57,057 nucleotides of DNA from Candidatus Nomurabacteria bacterium. Its GTDB lineage: Bacteria > Patescibacteriota > Minisyncoccia > Phycocordibacterales > UBA9973. Below the pieces are notes generated by a model. The model was not told where the DNA came from. It saw nothing but the letters and a program-made list of their open reading frames with translations, and did no database searches. The stretch spans positions 1 to 57,057 of the forward strand of contig JAPLXO010000010.1 in the NCBI GenBank assembly GCA_026396065.1, read 5' to 3'. Within the stretch, counting starts at the first letter, position 1. Each line of letters starts with the position of its first letter. Shown one piece after another: positions 54,558-57,057 of the stretch. The translations under genes were made by a program, and so were the position numbers.

Positions 54558-54932
54558 ATGTCATTCATGGATATTTTTAAGAAAAAAGTTAACAAAGAAG
54601 TTGAAGAAAAGAAAAATACAAAAACTCCTGAATGGAAAGTGGAGGATGTTTCTTCAGAAGACACAAAACCTTCAACTGAAAATACAGAAGCTCCACAGTG
54701 GCAAGTGGTAGAAGGAGGGAATACAAAACCTTATGTAAAAGATAAGATTGAGGAGATGAAGGAAATGGCAAAAAAGACAGCAGACAGGATTGCTGCAAAG
54801 ACACAAGCTGTATTAAATAAATATGGTGAAACTCCTACAGATAGAGAAGCTCGTGAATTAGAAGCACAAGCTTTAAGAGTACAAGGAACTTCAAAAGATG
54901 ATATTATAAATAGAAATCAAAATTATAGATAA
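54558..54932 (+). CDS. orphan charged 124-aa protein
   Basis: Lys/Glu-rich ORF with its own promoter and terminator. Confidence 0.5.
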   Translation: MSFMDIFKKKVNKEVEEKKNTKTPEWKVEDVSSEDTKPSTENTEAPQWQVVEGGNTKPYVKDKIEEMKEMAKKTADRIAAKTQAVLNKYGETPTDREARELEAQALRVQGTSKDDIINRNQNYR

Positions 54933-54945
54933 ATAAACATATACA

Positions 54946-54985
54946 AAAAATCCCTCCTAATTTTAATTCGGGGGATTTTTTGTTT
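54946..54985 (+). terminator. rho-independent terminator
   Basis: ATCCCTC pairs with GGGGGAT, followed by T6. Confidence 0.65.
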
Positions 54986-55040
54986 TTACGGTGTCTCTAT
55001 TGTACCAAGCTCGAACGATTTTTCAAAACAAATAGCTCAT

Positions 55041-55112
55041 CGCACATCCGTGCGCTAAAGCGCCTCTGTGCGAAGCACAGAGCTTTTCCAAAGGAAAAGG
55101 ACGGAATGTGCG
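55041..55112. other. 72-nt linker-less four-way junction (cloverleaf-like) element
   Basis: P1 is 55041-55051 with 55101-55112 (11 bp, 1 bulge). P2 is GCGC-TAAA-GCGC. P3 is CTCTGTGC-GAA-GCACAGAG. P4 is CTTTTCC-AAA-GGAAAAG. Confidence 0.55.
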
Positions 55113-55131
55113 AATACAAATGCGGACTCGG

Positions 55132-55143
55132 GCGGGGCGGGCA
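55132..55143 (-). repeat. GC-rich motif G2
   Basis: GCGGGGCGGGCA is the reverse complement of TGCCCGCCCCGC at 56917-56928. Confidence 0.6.
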
Positions 55144-55149
55144 GAAGAT

Positions 55150-55181
55150 AAATAAAAAGCCATTTCGAGAGAAATGGCTTT
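55150..55181 (-). terminator. rho-independent terminator (minus strand)
   Basis: AGCCATTTC-GAGA-GAAATGGCT (9 bp) with a U-run on the minus strand. Confidence 0.8.
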
Positions 55182-55195
55182 AACAGATTATTCTG

Positions 55196-55561
55196 CTATT
55201 CGTAACTTAATGTATGTCCGTAATTTACTGCCCGTACTTTTGTTCCTGGCTTTAAATATTGTATCTCAAAATAAGATTTTTCATTCACAACATCTAAAAC
55301 AAAAACTGTTCTTTTCCTCTCTTTCTTTGTTAATGGCTTATTATCTTCTATGTGTTCTAGAAATATCACATGCACACAAGCAGAAATAATCGCAAGAACG
55401 ATAGAACATAAAAAGATTGCTGGGAATGTACACGAATGAATTACCAGAGCACCAACAAATCCGATAATGGCTAGGACACTGTATACCAAATAAGATTTTT
55501 TAAATAGACGTAGTATTTGAGCACGTCTTAATGTTTTTTGACGTAATTTTTTGTTTATCAT
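55196..55561 (-). CDS. orphan small membrane protein
   Basis: Two TM helices (AIIGFVGALVIHS, IFLCSIVLAIISACVHVIF), with its own promoter, leader hairpin and terminator. Confidence 0.55.
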   Translation of the reverse strand: MINKKLRQKTLRRAQILRLFKKSYLVYSVLAIIGFVGALVIHSCTFPAIFLCSIVLAIISACVHVIFLEHIEDNKPLTKKERKRTVFVLDVVNEKSYFEIQYLKPGTKVRAVNYGHTLSYE

Positions 55562-55565
55562 AATT

Positions 55566-55648
55566 ATTGATTTTAATTGTTAGAAATTTAGTTATTTCTC
55601 CAAAAGATTTTTCTCGCAGAGAAATAACTAAATTTCTATAAAATCAAT
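55566..55648 (-). promoter_or_regulatory. 83-nt near-perfect 5'-UTR hairpin
   Basis: A perfect 20-bp pair (55581-55600 with 55619-55638) plus an outer 10-bp pair (55566-55575 with 55639-55648). It ends 4 nt from the start codon at 55561. Confidence 0.75.
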
Positions 55649-55671
55649 ATGATTTATAAAGAACTATGAAC

Positions 55672-55700
55672 AATATAGCAGAAAACACCTATTCTGTCAA
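55672..55700 (-). promoter_or_regulatory. sigma70-type promoter (minus strand)
   Basis: Reverse complement reads TTGACA (55695-55700), 17 nt spacer, TATATT (55672-55677). Confidence 0.6.
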
Positions 55701-55728
55701 ATATTTTTACTACTTATTATGGAGACTA

Positions 55729-56259
55729 TTATGTTCTTATTAAATTTAAAAAAGTATCAAAATCACCCTCATTTTTGATAGTAAAAATATTTTCACCAAC
55801 AGGTATTTCAAATTCTGATTCAATTTCATTTATAATATCAGTAGAAATATTTGTCCGTCCAACATCTTCAACTACAGTTGCTTGTCTTTCGAGAATTATA
55901 TTTTTAGGCGTATCTAAATAAGCAACAAAAACTTTTTTGTGCATTTTTTCAGCAATTGAGCAGAAATTATTTCTCTGTTCATTTTTATGATTTAAAAAAT
56001 CAAATATAACATTATAATTTTTTGAAAGTAATTCCTCAATAATTTCTTTAGAGAGTTTCAAAAAAAATTCATCATCTAATTTATATTGCTTTTTTATTTT
56101 TGTTGCCCAAAAATGAACAAAATTATGTTTGGATAGTTTTTCTGCAAATGTTGATTTTCCACTATATGGTAAACCGACCAAAATCACTAAAATATTACTA
56201 TTGGTTTTTGTTTTACCAACAATTAAGCCTTCGAAAATTTCTTGGGAAATATTAGACAT
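55729..56259 (-). CDS. P-loop kinase/ATPase (AAA_33-like)
   Basis: Walker A LVGLPYSGKSTFAEKL. 176 aa. Confidence 0.6.
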   Translation of the reverse strand: MSNISQEIFEGLIVGKTKTNSNILVILVGLPYSGKSTFAEKLSKHNFVHFWATKIKKQYKLDDEFFLKLSKEIIEELLSKNYNVIFDFLNHKNEQRNNFCSIAEKMHKKVFVAYLDTPKNIILERQATVVEDVGRTNISTDIINEIESEFEIPVGENIFTIKNEGDFDTFLNLIRT

Positions 56260-56261
56260 GT

Positions 56262-56879
56262 TTATAAAATATTTTTTAGTTCTAACAAGTTTTTTATTTT
56301 TGGACTGAAATTAATAACATCATCTTTATCTAGCAAGATAGCATCTAGCCCAGCATTTTGAGCTCCTGAAACATCATTTTTCATAGAATCCCCAATCATA
56401 AGCGCTTCTGAAGCTGAAACATTAAATCTCTTTAAGAATAAATCATATATTTCTCTGCTCGGTTTTCTATAGCCACATTCAAAAGAAAAAACTGCCGAAT
56501 CAAAATAAGAACTTATTCCCAAATCTTCCAGTTGGTCTTGTGTGGTCGGCGGAGAGTTAGAGATTATACCCAGTAGGTAAGATTTTTCTTTTAAATATTT
56601 CAAAATCTCTATTGCCTCTGACAACAAAAAAGTACCGCTTGGTTCAATCCACGTCCTTATCATTTGTTCTTCTTCATTTGAAATATTTCTAAAATTTTTA
56701 ACTCGAGTGATAACATCATCAACAGTTTTTTCTGTATCAATTTTTCCTCCACCAATAATGAAGTCCACGATTTCAGTGCCAATTTCTTGCTCGAGTATTT
56801 TTGTTGATTCAGAGATACTTTCACTGTTAGCCAATGTATCAATGAGGTCAAAAATAATTAACTTGTATTTCTTGTCCAT
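56262..56879 (-). CDS. HAD-superfamily hydrolase
   Basis: Motif I IIFDLIDTL, ISNS, and motif IV GDSMKNDVSGA. Confidence 0.8.
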   Translation of the reverse strand: MDKKYKLIIFDLIDTLANSESISESTKILEQEIGTEIVDFIIGGGKIDTEKTVDDVITRVKNFRNISNEEEQMIRTWIEPSGTFLLSEAIEILKYLKEKSYLLGIISNSPPTTQDQLEDLGISSYFDSAVFSFECGYRKPSREIYDLFLKRFNVSASEALMIGDSMKNDVSGAQNAGLDAILLDKDDVINFSPKIKNLLELKNIL

Positions 56880-56916
56880 AAAATGATTTTATCATTTTAT
56901 GAGTATTTTTTCCAGT

Positions 56917-56987
56917 TGCCCGCCCCGCTAAAAAATCCAAAAGGAAGCCCGCGCGGATTCCTCCCCAGACCCCTCCTCCGCGCGGGC
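56917..56987. repeat. GC-rich structured element G3
   Basis: TGCCCGCCCCGC (56917-56928). A perfect 11-bp hairpin, GCCCGCGCGGA (56947-56957) with TCCGCGCGGGC (56977-56987). The loop CCTCCCCAGACCCCTCC resembles the 5' half of the C-rich element. Confidence 0.6.
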
Positions 56988-57052
56988 GAAATCCAAAATC
57001 CCCGCCGAATTTCAAAAATAGTAGTCTCGGTTTTGCGAAAATCCAAATCCCC
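56986..57052 (+). repeat. imperfect 18-nt direct repeat at the window edge
   Basis: GCGAAATCCAAAATCCCC (56986-57003) and GCGAAAATCCAAATCCCC (57035-57052). A third AAATCCAAAA lies at 56933-56942. Confidence 0.5.
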
Positions 57053-57057
57053 AGAAA

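Noticed and set aside
55041-55112. Possible tRNA, given the cloverleaf shape and 72-nt length.
   Set aside because: The loops are 3-4 nt. There is no T-loop (TTCRA), no D-loop, no 7-nt anticodon loop and no discriminator or CCA context on either strand.
54980-55389. Plus-strand ORFs 54980-55183 and 55174-55389.
   Set aside because: The first is made of the GC-rich structured spacer and a terminator hairpin. The second is antisense to a minus-strand gene that has TM helices, a promoter, a leader and a terminator.
56933-57052. CRISPR array at the right edge.
   Set aside because: There are only 2-3 imperfect short (10-18 nt) repeats with irregular spacing, no cas genes are in view, and the sequence runs off-window.
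1-57057. Alternative genetic code (UGA as Gly or Trp, as in some candidate phyla).
   Set aside because: All conserved genes are full length under the standard code with no in-frame TGA. Reading through the only suspicious TGA (1589) hits a TAA one codon later.

Overview
This is a low-GC (about one-third G+C by eye), gene-dense bacterial window. All protein calls come from motif recognition by eye; no database or folding tool was run. The backbone is the str-S10-spc ribosomal-protein supercluster: rpsL-rpsG, fusA, tuf-rpsJ-rplCDWB, rpsS-rplV-rpsC-rplP-rpmC-rpsQ-rplNXE, rpsN-rpsH-rplFR-rpsE-rplO-secY, adk, map. Also present are rpmB, infC-rpmI-rplT, a recJ 3' end, rnhA, a split comEC, an Fe/Mn SOD, a PGM/PMM-type mutase, ndk, two NUDIX genes, CYTH, HD, beta-CASP and LOG-like genes. 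No rRNA, tRNA or CRISPR array was found. The missing rpmD (L30), short genes, absent Shine-Dalgarno motifs and split ComEC suggest a Patescibacteria/CPR-type genome; this is inference only.

Main observations:
1. A four-member family of about 570-aa cysteine-rich multi-zinc-ribbon proteins sits inside the ribosomal supercluster. Three are tandem between rplB and rpsS and one lies between the adk/pyrH-like genes and map. A decapitated fifth 5' end is interrupted by a small GIY-YIG cassette with flanking repeats.
2. A C-rich hairpin repeat family occurs as intergenic terminators and also in frame inside rnhA and the mutase gene, in the manner of Rickettsia palindromic elements.
3. The supercluster is broken at five or more junctions by orphan gene cassettes. 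Each has a terminator-TTGACTTTT promoter junction, and most have long near-perfect 5'-UTR hairpins.
4. Leaderless-type promoters (TATAAT 6-8 nt before the ATG) are widespread.
5. A stand-alone candidate sRNA of about 170 nt has its own promoter and terminator.
6. A VirD4/HerA-like ATPase is in an operon with CYTH and NUDIX genes, within a nucleotide-enzyme-rich neighbourhood.
7. GC-rich structured repeats bracket a three-gene block near the right edge.
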